DNA of 64,000 nt from an uncultured Poribacteria bacterium (GTDB taxonomy: Bacteria > Poribacteria > WGA-4E > WGA-3G), in contig CATQHZ020000001.1 in assembly GCA_958296135.2 (NCBI GenBank), positions 4,384,001 to 4,448,000 on the forward strand, written 5' to 3'. The first letter of the stretch is position 1, and each line of letters begins with the position of its first letter. Below are positions 48,278 through 59,336 of this stretch, one piece after another. The notes beneath the pieces are model-generated. The model worked only from the letters and a program-made list of their open reading frames with translations, was not told the DNA's origin and searched no databases. A program made the position numbers and the translations under genes.

Positions 48278-49627
48278 TTATGAAATCAAGCCTTCCACTT
48301 TCATCCACTCAATTGTCTGTGCGAAGGCATTCACCGTTTTTGCGATGTCGGCTTCGGTATGCACGGCGGTAGTCATCCCGCCGTTGCTGGCAAGATCGAT
48401 GCCGTTCAGCAGTAAGCCGCATCGGAGCGGCGTAAGCAATCGCGCGTCGTTCCCGCCTTTCAGTTTCCGGTAATCCCACTCGTAGGGATTAAACGCAACG
48501 GCACGGACATCCTTCTCACCGTGCCCGATGAGAAGTTTGATGCCAGAAAATTCCCCATAAACCGCCCAATCCAAGCCGTGCGCGTCAATAAGCTGGTTGA
48601 GTGCATCGCGGAGTTGCTTCGCAAGGCGGTTTGCCTGCTGATGCGGTTCCCCAGTCTTGACGATGTTGAGCATCGCGATGCCAGCGGAGGCAGAAAGAGG
48701 ATTCGCGTTAAAGGTGCCAGGGTGCGGCATCTTCAAGCCGCGTTTCTCTGATTGCATGGAAATGAGCGCCAGAATCTCTTTTTTCCCGACGAGCGCGCCG
48801 CCGGGGAGCCCCCCTGCTAAAATCTTCGCGAGGGTTGTCATATCCGGCGTGACATCGTAATAGGCTTGCGCCCCGCCCGGTGCAACGCGGAACCCCGTTA
48901 TCACCTCATCAAAAATGAGGAGAACGCCGTGTGATTCCGTGAGCTCCCGCAGGTGTCTCAAAAATGCCCCATCAGTTGGAACGATGCCGAAAGACGCACC
49001 GGTAGGTTCAAGGATAACGCAGGCGATGTCAGCATCGGTTTTCAAGAGCGTCTCAACTGCATCGATGTCGTTCGGTGGACAGAGCAGCGTGGTATCCCGC
49101 ACCTCTTGTGGAATGCCCGGCACCGGCACTTCAAAAGGCGGATATGCCCCCAAAATCAGGCTGTCGTGCCAGCCGTGAAAATGCCCGGTGAACTTTAGCA
49201 CCTTGTTCTTGCCCGTGTAGGTGCGCGCGAGACGGATGGCCATCAGCGTCGCCTCGGTGCCAGAACTGACGAACCGGATGCGTTCCGCCGATGGAATGAG
49301 CTCGGTTACGAGTCGCGCCCATTCCAATTCAAGCGGATGGCACGCGCCATAGTGAGTGCCGCGGTGCATCTGCGCGGTTACCGCTTCAACAACAGCAGGC
49401 GGATTGTGGCCAAGGAGCAACGCACCGTGGCCCGCCCAATAATCGATAAATTCGTTTCCTTCAAGTCCCCACTTCTTCGCGCCATCCGCGTGCGAAATAT
49501 AGACAGGAAAGGGTGCCATATAACGGCTGTCGTGCGTTACGCCATCGGGAAACAGTTGTGTCGCGGCAAGCGAGAGTTCTCTATCTTTTGCGAAGGTTTT
49601 TTGATACCGCTCTAAAATCGTTTGCAT
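48278..49627 (-). CDS. Class III aminotransferase, glutamate-1-semialdehyde aminomutase-like
   Basis: FVSSGTEAT, HFHGWHD, IFDEVITGFR, TLAKILAGGLP, GTFNANPL. Confidence 0.9.
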   Translation of the reverse strand: MQTILERYQKTFAKDRELSLAATQLFPDGVTHDSRYMAPFPVYISHADGAKKWGLEGNEFIDYWAGHGALLLGHNPPAVVEAVTAQMHRGTHYGACHPLELEWARLVTELIPSAERIRFVSSGTEATLMAIRLARTYTGKNKVLKFTGHFHGWHDSLILGAYPPFEVPVPGIPQEVRDTTLLCPPNDIDAVETLLKTDADIACVILEPTGASFGIVPTDGAFLRHLRELTESHGVLLIFDEVITGFRVAPGGAQAYYDVTPDMTTLAKILAGGLPGGALVGKKEILALISMQSEKRGLKMPHPGTFNANPLSASAGIAMLNIVKTGEPHQQANRLAKQLRDALNQLIDAHGLDWAVYGEFSGIKLLIGHGEKDVRAVAFNPYEWDYRKLKGGNDARLLTPLRCGLLLNGIDLASNGGMTTAVHTEADIAKTVNAFAQTIEWMKVEGLIS

Positions 49628-49749
49628 GTTTTTTTCCTTATGGACTGACGCAGCCCCGCGATAGGCGCGGTTTTCAACCGCGCAGTCTGTTCTCTCGCGC
49701 GTTTGCAACGCGCACCTACGGACATGATGAATTCGCGTCAGAGCACTCG

Positions 49750-50247
49750 TCAATAAAATTCGCTGTAATAGTCACACAGAATATCACCATCGTGTTTAAA
49801 GGCGACTGTTTTGGGGAGTTCTTCCGGTCCGAAGAGCCCCGCCTCCAACGCCTCCGCGCCAGCACTCGGAACCCCGGAGACAATTCGTCCGACATACACG
49901 ATAAGCACCACGGTGCGCTCCTCATTCGGATAGACACCCAACAACCGTTCCAATTCCACCCGCACGTTTGCCTCCTCCTGCGCTTCGCGAACGGCGGTTT
50001 CTTCGGGCGTATCGCCGATGTCAATGTAACCTGTCGGGAAACTCCAATGGCCGTAACCCGGTTCATTTCCCCGGCGGATGAGCAAGAGTTTTGCGTCTTG
50101 AAAGGCAAGCACTCCCGCCACAGGCTTCGGGTCGCGATAGAAAACGAACTCGCAGGCGGTGCAGACTTGGCGGGGCCTGCCTTCAATGCGCCTCTCCGCC
50201 AGATGCGCCCCGCATTTTGGGCAAAACTTAAATTCTTGATGCGCCAC
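49750..50247 (-). CDS. NUDIX hydrolase with N-terminal zinc ribbon
   Basis: FCPKCG...CTAC, Nudix box G....GDTPEETAVREAQEEAN; promoter TTGACA-17-TATTAT upstream. Confidence 0.9.
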   Translation of the reverse strand: MAHQEFKFCPKCGAHLAERRIEGRPRQVCTACEFVFYRDPKPVAGVLAFQDAKLLLIRRGNEPGYGHWSFPTGYIDIGDTPEETAVREAQEEANVRVELERLLGVYPNEERTVVLIVYVGRIVSGVPSAGAEALEAGLFGPEELPKTVAFKHDGDILCDYYSEFY

Positions 50248-50359
50248 GAACTCCCTCAAGCCAAAAGGTTTAACCTGATAATACACCCAGCGACAGAAAA
50301 TGTCAACCAAAAAGTGAGCGGACGCGACTCCTGGATGAACCGTGTCGCGTCCCTCAAAA

Positions 50360-51151
50360 CTAACGCGCAGTCTTCAGTCGTCCCCATGTTGTCGCTAGTT
50401 TACCGCGCGCCTCCACCGCGAGGAAGCCATCAACGCCATCGTTCATGATGGTGTTCACCTCTTCCTCCGTTAACCCGCGCTTCCAGATGTTCAAGTCATC
50501 CATGAGCCCGTTGAACGGACGGTTATTGTCAATGTTAAAGCCAACACGTGCTCCTGAATCCCAGTCGGGCGCGATGGGGGTGCCAACCCGCGCTTTCTCT
50601 TCACCAACGTTATTCCCGTTGATGTAAAGCACAGCGAGGCCAGCCGCGCGGCTGAACGTGCCGGCGTAATGCACCCACTCGTTGGCCTTATTCTTACCCG
50701 CGCGGATGTCAAAGATTGTCGTACCACCGGGGCTCCGATTGAGCCAGCGATAATTGCCATCGCCGCGCGCCTCTGGATGCACGAGCCACGTGTTGTCACC
50801 AGCGCGGGCGTTGAAAATCGCCATGTCGGAGACCGCCTCAACGTTAATCCACGCTATGAGGCTCATCCCTTCTGTCGGAATATCGTCCGGGTTAATGTTC
50901 GGGCCATCCAGATCGAGGAAGCTGCCAGAGGCAAAATGGGCGGCTTTCCCAAACTTCCCATCGCCAGACTGCGTCACCTTCCCGTTAATCGCGCCGTCAT
51001 ACCCGCGCCCAGATTCTTCAACGACAGTATCGCCGCTGAACTTCTCGTAATCAAAGTATAGCACCAGGTCCGGGTCCAACACAGCGGCGGACACGCCGCT
51101 GACGAGAACTACCAGAAGCAGGCACGTCAAAATCACCATTTGAGTTTTCAT
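50360..51151 (-). CDS. LamG-like jellyroll protein with C-terminal GKLxTTW motif
   Basis: Signal peptide, GKFGKA, WVHYAGT, GLMDDLNIW, VEARGKLATTWGRLK. Confidence 0.85.
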   Translation of the reverse strand: MKTQMVILTCLLLVVLVSGVSAAVLDPDLVLYFDYEKFSGDTVVEESGRGYDGAINGKVTQSGDGKFGKAAHFASGSFLDLDGPNINPDDIPTEGMSLIAWINVEAVSDMAIFNARAGDNTWLVHPEARGDGNYRWLNRSPGGTTIFDIRAGKNKANEWVHYAGTFSRAAGLAVLYINGNNVGEEKARVGTPIAPDWDSGARVGFNIDNNRPFNGLMDDLNIWKRGLTEEEVNTIMNDGVDGFLAVEARGKLATTWGRLKTAR

Positions 51152-51271
51152 TTCACAAATCTCCTTTTTTTCTCAAACCAATTGTTAGCATTAAGTTTAA
51201 CATTTTTTCTTGCAGATATGCAAATTTTTGTTATTCGCCGTGCGTTTTCAGGTTCACCATGGAAATCGATA

Positions 51272-51298
51272 CGGACAGATATAGAAATCTGTCCTTAC
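51272..51298 (-). repeat. REP-like palindrome, family E (GTAAGG-A/G-C-A/G-GAT...ATC-T/C-G-T/C-CC)
   Basis: Related copies at 1331, 17650, 59189, 59232-59256 (minus), 63797-63822 (minus) and inside fdhD at 32599. Confidence 0.75.
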
Positions 51299-51401
51299 GC
51301 TCTACTTATGCAAATGCCGTATTTCCCCCGGTAGGCGTTCAGTTCATAAATCCTACTTAATTTCCTTGATTTTAACACCGTTTTTTTGTAAACTAAGACG
51401 T

Positions 51402-53261
51402 ATGAACATCGCACCCATTGATTGGGCAATTCTCATCGGTTATATCGTGTTCGCGCTCGGACTCGGCATATACTTTTCCAAGCGAGCGGGACAGAATATC
51501 AACGAATTCTTCGTCTCCGGACGCAATCTACCGTGGTGGCTCGCAGGCACCTCCATGGTAGCAACGACGTTCGCGGCGGATACACCCTTGGCCGTCACGG
51601 GGCTCGTTGTCAACGACGGCATCGCCGGCAATTGGCTGTGGTGGAACGCTGTGTTAGGCGGCATGCTGGCGACGTTTCTCTTCTCACGGCTCTGGCGGCG
51701 CGCCGAAATTATCACGGACGTTGAATTGACAGAACACCGCTACTCAGGTGCCTCCGCGAGTTTCCTGCGCGGCTTCCGGGCCCTCTATATCGGCCTACCG
51801 ATTAACTGCATTACGATGGGATGGGTTATTCTTGCCATGCAGAAAATCGTCGTCCTCACCTTCGGCCTGCCGGAGACAGTGAGTTGGGAAATCACGGTGC
51901 TGCAGACGGCTTTCAGCCTCACCATCAGCACAAAGGTGCTAGTTGTCATGGGGTGCCTGCTCATCGCCGGCATCTACTGCGCGCTCTCCGGGTTCTGGGG
52001 CGTTGTCGTGACAGACCTGGTGCAATTCGGCATGGCAATGGTAGGTTCCCTCGCGTTGGCAGGCATCGCTGTCCACAAGGTAGGCGGTATCAACACATTG
52101 AAGGAGAAACTGAACGAGATTTACGGTGCAGAGCATACCGTGCTGAATTTTACACCGGATTTCAGCGCAGGCGAGATGGCAATCCTCACCTTCGGTGTCT
52201 ATCTCGGCGTGCAGTGGTGGGCATCCAACGGTGTTGACGGCAGCGGCTACATTGCACAGCGGATGTTCGCCGCGAAAGATGAACGCCACACGCTGCTGGC
52301 GACGCTGTGGTTCAATATCGCGCACTATACCCTCCGCCCGTGGCCGTGGATTCTTGTCGCGCTCGTCGCGATGGTAGTCTACCCCGGACTCGGCGAACTA
52401 CAGCACGCCAACCCCGCCTTGCGCGATGCAGAGGCAGGCTACCCAATGTTGATGCTCAGTTACCTGCCAACCGGGTTGCTGGGGTTAATGTTAACGGCGT
52501 TCTTGGCGGCGTTCATGTCAACAATTGACACGCATCTCAACTGGGGCGCGTCCTATCTCGTCAATGATTTTTATAAACGCTTTTTCAAGCCGGAAGCCGC
52601 CGCAAGTCACTACGTCGCCGCATCGCGAGTCGCGGTGGTATTCATCATGATTATTGCAGGCGGCGCAAGTCTATTGATGAACTCCATCGCGGGCGCGTGG
52701 AAATTCCTTATCGCCTTGAATTCAGGTATTGGGCTCGTGCAGATTCTGCGGTGGTATTGGTGGCGCATCAACGCCTGGTCGGAAATTTCAGCGATGGTGG
52801 CGGCGTTCATCGCCTCTATCGTAGTCTTCACCCTGCCACAGACGAAAGACGAATTCGCGCTCCAGCTCCTCATCATCGTGCCGTTTTCCACGGTGGTGTG
52901 GGGCATCGTCACGTTTATGACTTCGCCTGTTTCAATGGAAACGCTGACGAAGTTTTACCAACGGGTGCGCCCCAGCGTGGCAGGATGGAAGCCGGTTATC
53001 GCGACAATAGTGCATACAGATACCACAACTTCTCCCGCAGGGCGAAGGCCTGTCCCTCCCCATGCAACGGATACCCCAAGAGCGGCACCTGCCTTGCTCG
53101 CTTGGGTTGTCGGTGTCATTTTCATCTATGCAACACTGTTCGGCATTGGCAAACTGCTGTTGGGATTTACCGGCATCGCCGTGATTTTTCTGGCGATTGC
53201 AATCATAGCCGGTGCTATCATGTATCACAACGTCGGGCGGAACTTTAAATCCAATAACTGA
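51402..53261 (+). CDS. Sodium:solute symporter family protein
   Basis: FFVSGRNLPWW, SMVATTFAADTP, GVVVTD, AAFMSTID; many TM helices. Confidence 0.92.
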   Translation: MNIAPIDWAILIGYIVFALGLGIYFSKRAGQNINEFFVSGRNLPWWLAGTSMVATTFAADTPLAVTGLVVNDGIAGNWLWWNAVLGGMLATFLFSRLWRRAEIITDVELTEHRYSGASASFLRGFRALYIGLPINCITMGWVILAMQKIVVLTFGLPETVSWEITVLQTAFSLTISTKVLVVMGCLLIAGIYCALSGFWGVVVTDLVQFGMAMVGSLALAGIAVHKVGGINTLKEKLNEIYGAEHTVLNFTPDFSAGEMAILTFGVYLGVQWWASNGVDGSGYIAQRMFAAKDERHTLLATLWFNIAHYTLRPWPWILVALVAMVVYPGLGELQHANPALRDAEAGYPMLMLSYLPTGLLGLMLTAFLAAFMSTIDTHLNWGASYLVNDFYKRFFKPEAAASHYVAASRVAVVFIMIIAGGASLLMNSIAGAWKFLIALNSGIGLVQILRWYWWRINAWSEISAMVAAFIASIVVFTLPQTKDEFALQLLIIVPFSTVVWGIVTFMTSPVSMETLTKFYQRVRPSVAGWKPVIATIVHTDTTTSPAGRRPVPPHATDTPRAAPALLAWVVGVIFIYATLFGIGKLLLGFTGIAVIFLAIAIIAGAIMYHNVGRNFKSNN

Positions 53262-53273
53262 GGAGGCTAACCT

Positions 53274-54056
53274 TTGCAAAAGCGTCATATTACCGCAATA
53301 GGAATTATTCCGGCGCGTTATGCCTCCAGTCGGTTTGAGGGAAAGCCGTTGGCGGACATCTTCGGAAAGCCGATGGTGCAGCATGTCTACGAACGCGCCT
53401 GCCGGGCGGAAACCCTCGATGAAGTTATCGTCGCTACCGATGACCGGCGCATTTACGATGCGGTTGCTGGATTCGGGGGGAACGTCCAACTCACTGGCGA
53501 GTGTGCCACCGGCACCGAACGCGTCGCCCGCGTCGCAGAACAACTAACGTGTGACATCGTCGTCAATATCCAAGGAGACGAACCGCTGCTTGAACCCACG
53601 CAACTCAACATGATGATACAACCGTTCGGTATTAACTCCCGTGAACGGGAGATAACACCGTCTAGTTCGGAAGTGCAGGTTTCCACGTTAAAACAGCGAA
53701 TTGACACACTCGCGGACTATCGGGACGTGAACATCGTGAAAGTTGTTACAGACCTGCAGGGGAATGCGTTATATTTTTCACGCGCATCGATGCCCAGCAG
53801 CATCGATGAAGCAACACTCCCAGATTTGCCGGTGTATCGGCATGTCGGTTTATACGCTTATCGGCGGGAAGCCCTCATCGCTTTCACGAAGTGGGAGAGC
53901 ACCCCTTACGAAAAGGCAGAAGGGTTAGAGCAACTGCGCTTCTTGGAACACGGCGTGCCCATCCGTGTCGTTGAAACCGATACGCCGCTTATCGGCGTAG
54001 ATGTCCCGGCGGACTTAGCCCGGGTCAAACAGATAATACCTTTTAGAAAGGACTGA
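53274..54056 (+). CDS. kdsB: 3-deoxy-manno-octulosonate cytidylyltransferase
   Basis: IPARYASSRFEGKPL, VATDD, VNIQGDEP, ALYFSR, EGLEQLRFLE. Confidence 0.95.
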   Translation: MQKRHITAIGIIPARYASSRFEGKPLADIFGKPMVQHVYERACRAETLDEVIVATDDRRIYDAVAGFGGNVQLTGECATGTERVARVAEQLTCDIVVNIQGDEPLLEPTQLNMMIQPFGINSREREITPSSSEVQVSTLKQRIDTLADYRDVNIVKVVTDLQGNALYFSRASMPSSIDEATLPDLPVYRHVGLYAYRREALIAFTKWESTPYEKAEGLEQLRFLEHGVPIRVVETDTPLIGVDVPADLARVKQIIPFRKD

Positions 54057-55688
<1,632 letters not shown>

Positions 55689-55788
55689 GGACGAATTTGT
55701 ATGGATTCCGGCCATCCTTTAACAGTGCCCTTAGGCACGACAGGTTTATAAGTGCAGATTGCTATATCTATCCGAATGGAGAAGAACC

Positions 55789-57048
55789 ATGAAGAACACA
55801 GCCACAGTCCACTCACGCGCTTGGTATGGCGACGAAGAACTCACGCTGCATTTTCCAACCGGTTGGGAAGTGGAGATATTGGGACCGAAAGATGGTCCCG
55901 CGCTCTCTGACACGCAACTTGCGCAGGCATTCGCTGAACCCATCGGCACACCGCGCATCGCAGAAATGGCAAAGGGTAAAAAGAGTGCCGCCATCGTCGT
56001 CGATGACCTGAGCCGGCCGACACCTGCCGCGACGGTTATCCCTTTTCTCCTCCGCGAACTCACCGAAGCCGGTGTCCCGAAATCGGAGATTCGGTTTGTC
56101 GTCGGAGGCGGCTCACACCGGCCCCTCACCGACGCGGAAGCCGCCAAGAAGGTGGGCACCGATATCGCCACCGAATACGAAGTGACGAGCCATAACTTTA
56201 TGGCCGGTGATCTACGCGCATTGGGAAGCCTTGACAACGGCCTGCCCATTTATGTCAACCGTGTCGTCGCCGATGCGGATTTCAAAATCTGCCTCGGTGG
56301 TATTTATCCGCACGGATCCGTCGGTTTCGGCGGCGGCGCGAAACTCGTCGTACCCGGCATTGCCGGGTTCGCAACGATGTTCTATTTCCACTCCTTCTCG
56401 CCGAGCCGAGGGCACGCCGTGATCGAACGCAAGGGCAGCGAACCAGATCATCGCGATTTCGCCGAGGCAGTGGCAGGAAGACTGGGACTTGATGTTATAG
56501 CCAACGTCGTACTGAATAGCCGCCGCGAAATCTGCGGATTGTTCGTCGGCGATTTTGTGCAGGCGCATCGCAAAGGCGCGCACTTCGCTCTTGATACCTA
56601 CGGCACCGAGATTCCGGAAACCAGCCGAAAAGAGACAGACCTGGTGGTACTGAACTGCTATCCGCTAGATGCAGATCCGATTCAGACCGGGAAGGCACTG
56701 TGGGCATCGCGCCATTTTGAGAAGGCATGGAAGATGGCTCTCAACCCCGCTAGCGACGGTATCTGCTATCACGGCCTGTTCGATCAGGTAGATTACGCGC
56801 GATTCCTGCAGCAGCGGGAAGGGCAGACGCTTTCCGAATTGCCCGCGCCGCAACTCGGAAGGCGTGAGCAGTTGCACGTCTGGTCTGAGCATTTTGGGGT
56901 GGATGATTTCTATAAGAAACATCCGGATGCGTTGCTCTTCCGCGATTTGGAGCAATTAATTCAGTTGTTCTCGGAGAAACTGCCGGCGAATGTGAAGGTG
57001 GCGGTGCTGCCTGCCGCGGGCATCCAGGTCCTCGCAGAGAGCAATTAA
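55789..57048 (+). CDS. Lactate racemase (LarA/DUF2088) domain protein
   Basis: PIGTP, VDDLSRPTP, GSHRP, PH...GFGGGAK. Confidence 0.82.
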   Translation: MKNTATVHSRAWYGDEELTLHFPTGWEVEILGPKDGPALSDTQLAQAFAEPIGTPRIAEMAKGKKSAAIVVDDLSRPTPAATVIPFLLRELTEAGVPKSEIRFVVGGGSHRPLTDAEAAKKVGTDIATEYEVTSHNFMAGDLRALGSLDNGLPIYVNRVVADADFKICLGGIYPHGSVGFGGGAKLVVPGIAGFATMFYFHSFSPSRGHAVIERKGSEPDHRDFAEAVAGRLGLDVIANVVLNSRREICGLFVGDFVQAHRKGAHFALDTYGTEIPETSRKETDLVVLNCYPLDADPIQTGKALWASRHFEKAWKMALNPASDGICYHGLFDQVDYARFLQQREGQTLSELPAPQLGRREQLHVWSEHFGVDDFYKKHPDALLFRDLEQLIQLFSEKLPANVKVAVLPAAGIQVLAESN

Positions 57049-57119
57049 CCTCGCTCCTCATCCGTAGGGCCAGGGACAGCCCCTCGCCCTACGTCGAACG
57101 CTTTGCGCCAATACAAAAA

Positions 57120-57635
57120 ATGCTAAAAAAAATCAACGCCTCCCTCGGCAAGATTGAAACCGGGTTGCTGTGCCTGATCGTCGCGATGATGATAGGGCTT
57201 GCAATCCTCAAAATCCTCCTGCGCTACGTCTTCCACACCAGCCTCCTGTGGAGCGACGTGATGTTGCAACACTTGACGCTCTGGCTCTGCTTCCTCGGTG
57301 CAGCACTCGCTACCTGCGAGAGACGACATATCAGCATCGATGTGCTCAGTCGGGTTTTGCCAAAAAATATCACGCGCTGGAGCACGCTCATCGTGGATAG
57401 TCTCAGTCTCCTCGTGGTGGCAATTCTCGCCTATTACGGGTTTGAATTTCTCGGAGACGAACAGCAGAGCCCAGCCGTGCTAATCGGGAACATCCCATTG
57501 TGGTGGGCGAAGGCTATCATCCCGCTCGGGTTTGTGCTAATCGGCGTGCACCTGATTCTTCAGATCGGTTTATGGGTTTCGGACAAACACAATCAGGAGA
57601 ATGAGGAAAATCAAGAACGGGCGCGCGCAGACTGA
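57120..57635 (+). CDS. dctQ: TRAP transporter small permease
   Basis: Four TMs, LRYVF, W..FLGA, HISID. Confidence 0.88.
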   Translation: MLKKINASLGKIETGLLCLIVAMMIGLAILKILLRYVFHTSLLWSDVMLQHLTLWLCFLGAALATCERRHISIDVLSRVLPKNITRWSTLIVDSLSLLVVAILAYYGFEFLGDEQQSPAVLIGNIPLWWAKAIIPLGFVLIGVHLILQIGLWVSDKHNQENEENQERARAD

Positions 57636-57774
57636 GTAAAGCGAGAACGGGAGGGCTCTCCTACTGATACCATATCACAACTGTCAGGAGAATGAGGAAA
57701 ATCAAGAACGGGCGCGCGCAGACTGAGTAAATCGAGAACGGGAGGGCTCTCCTACTGATACCATATCACAACTG
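57593..57774 (+). repeat. 91-bp direct tandem duplication (dctQ 3' end plus family B palindrome)
   Basis: 57593-57683 and 57684-57774 differ by one base. Confidence 0.92.
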
Positions 57775-57898
57775 TAGTTCGGGCTCGGGCGAGCCCGAAC
57801 ACGGCAAGCTCAGGCGAACTGGTTTCCCTACAGACAGGGGCGGCAATCTGAAAACGAATTTTCATCAATGAGGATGCAACAGAAGGAGAAAGAAACGC

Positions 57899-59185
57899 AT
57901 GGGTATATTAATTGGCGGTGGGTTGGTGCTTTTCGCGCTGTTTGGCGGCGCGCTCTTCGCGCTACTCGGCGCAGCGGCGATTATCGGCTACGCCACCGCT
58001 GGCGAACCCATATCGACGATGCTAATCGATTTCAATCGGCTCACTAAGAATCCCACGATTCTGGTGATTCCGCTGTTTACGTTCGCCGGGTATCTGCTGG
58101 CCGAAGGAAAGGCACCACAGCGGCTGATTGCGTTCGCGCGTGCCAGTGTCGGATGGGCACCCGGCGGCATCGCCATCGTCGTGCTGGTTACGTGCGCGTT
58201 TTTTACTACCTTCACTGGGGCATCGGGCATCACTATCATCGCGCTTGGCGGCTTGCTCTACCCCATCCTGCGCCAAACCTATACCGAACGGTTTTCACTC
58301 GGCTTGGTGACTGCCTCCGGGAGCATCGGGCTGCTCTTTCCGCCGAGCATTCCCCTCATCCTCTACGCTATCATCGCGCAGGTGCGCATCGACAGGATGT
58401 TATTCGCAGGGATTATTCCCGGCCTGCTCATCCTCTTCGTCCTCGGCACCTACTGCTGCGGATGGAGCCTCTTCAAACGCACAGAAACAATCCGGTTTGA
58501 CTTGAGGGTTATCTTCCAAACCTTATGGGCGGCAAAATGGGAACTGCTTCTGCCGTTTCTGGTACTAGGCGGTATCTTATCTGGCTGGATTACGCTCGAT
58601 GAGGCTGCAGCGTTGACTGCCATTTATGTCTTCGTCGTTGAAATCGGCATCCACCGTTCTATCGCCGTGCGAGAATTGCCGCGCATCGTCAAAGAGAGTA
58701 TGCTATTAGTCGGCGCGATTCTCATCATTCTCGGCATCGCGCTCGGATTGACAAATTATCTCATTACGCTTGACGTGCCAACGAGTGTGCTGGAGTGGAT
58801 TCAAACCAAAACCGAGAACAAGGTGATTATGCTGATTGGGCTCAACCTCTTCCTACTCATCGTGGGATGCCTGATGGACATCTTCTCAGCGATTATCATT
58901 GTGGTGCCGCTGCTGCTACCCCTCGCGGAGGAGTTCGGGATTGACAAGGCGCACCTCGGCATCATTGTCTTGACGAACCTTGAAATCGGGTACTTGACAC
59001 CGCCAGTGGGGATGAATCTGTTCATCTCGAGCCTAAAATTTGAACGGCCGGTCGTGCTACTCTACCGTTCGGTGCTGCTGTTTATCGGCCTGCTCCTGGT
59101 CGCCCTTGTGTTGGTGACGTACCTGCCGGAGTTGAGTCTGTGGCTGCCGCGGGTGTTAGGGAAAACGCCGCTGTCGATTTTGTGA
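57899..59185 (+). CDS. dctM: TRAP transporter large permease
   Basis: IPLFTFAG, GSIGLLFPPSIP, IGYLTPPVGMNLF. Confidence 0.92.
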   Translation: MGILIGGGLVLFALFGGALFALLGAAAIIGYATAGEPISTMLIDFNRLTKNPTILVIPLFTFAGYLLAEGKAPQRLIAFARASVGWAPGGIAIVVLVTCAFFTTFTGASGITIIALGGLLYPILRQTYTERFSLGLVTASGSIGLLFPPSIPLILYAIIAQVRIDRMLFAGIIPGLLILFVLGTYCCGWSLFKRTETIRFDLRVIFQTLWAAKWELLLPFLVLGGILSGWITLDEAAALTAIYVFVVEIGIHRSIAVRELPRIVKESMLLVGAILIILGIALGLTNYLITLDVPTSVLEWIQTKTENKVIMLIGLNLFLLIVGCLMDIFSAIIIVVPLLLPLAEEFGIDKAHLGIIVLTNLEIGYLTPPVGMNLFISSLKFERPVVLLYRSVLLFIGLLLVALVLVTYLPELSLWLPRVLGKTPLSIL

Positions 59186-59336
59186 ACTGTAAGGACAGAT
59201 TTCTATAGCTGCCCGTTCGGTTTGCGTGACAGGCGGATAGAGGCATCCGCCCTTACAATCCTCGGGCGTGGCATGGCGAGGGAAACCCTCGGCGATTCGC
59301 GCTCGCCGGGCCCTCGCCCTACGCGTTAAACGGCGT

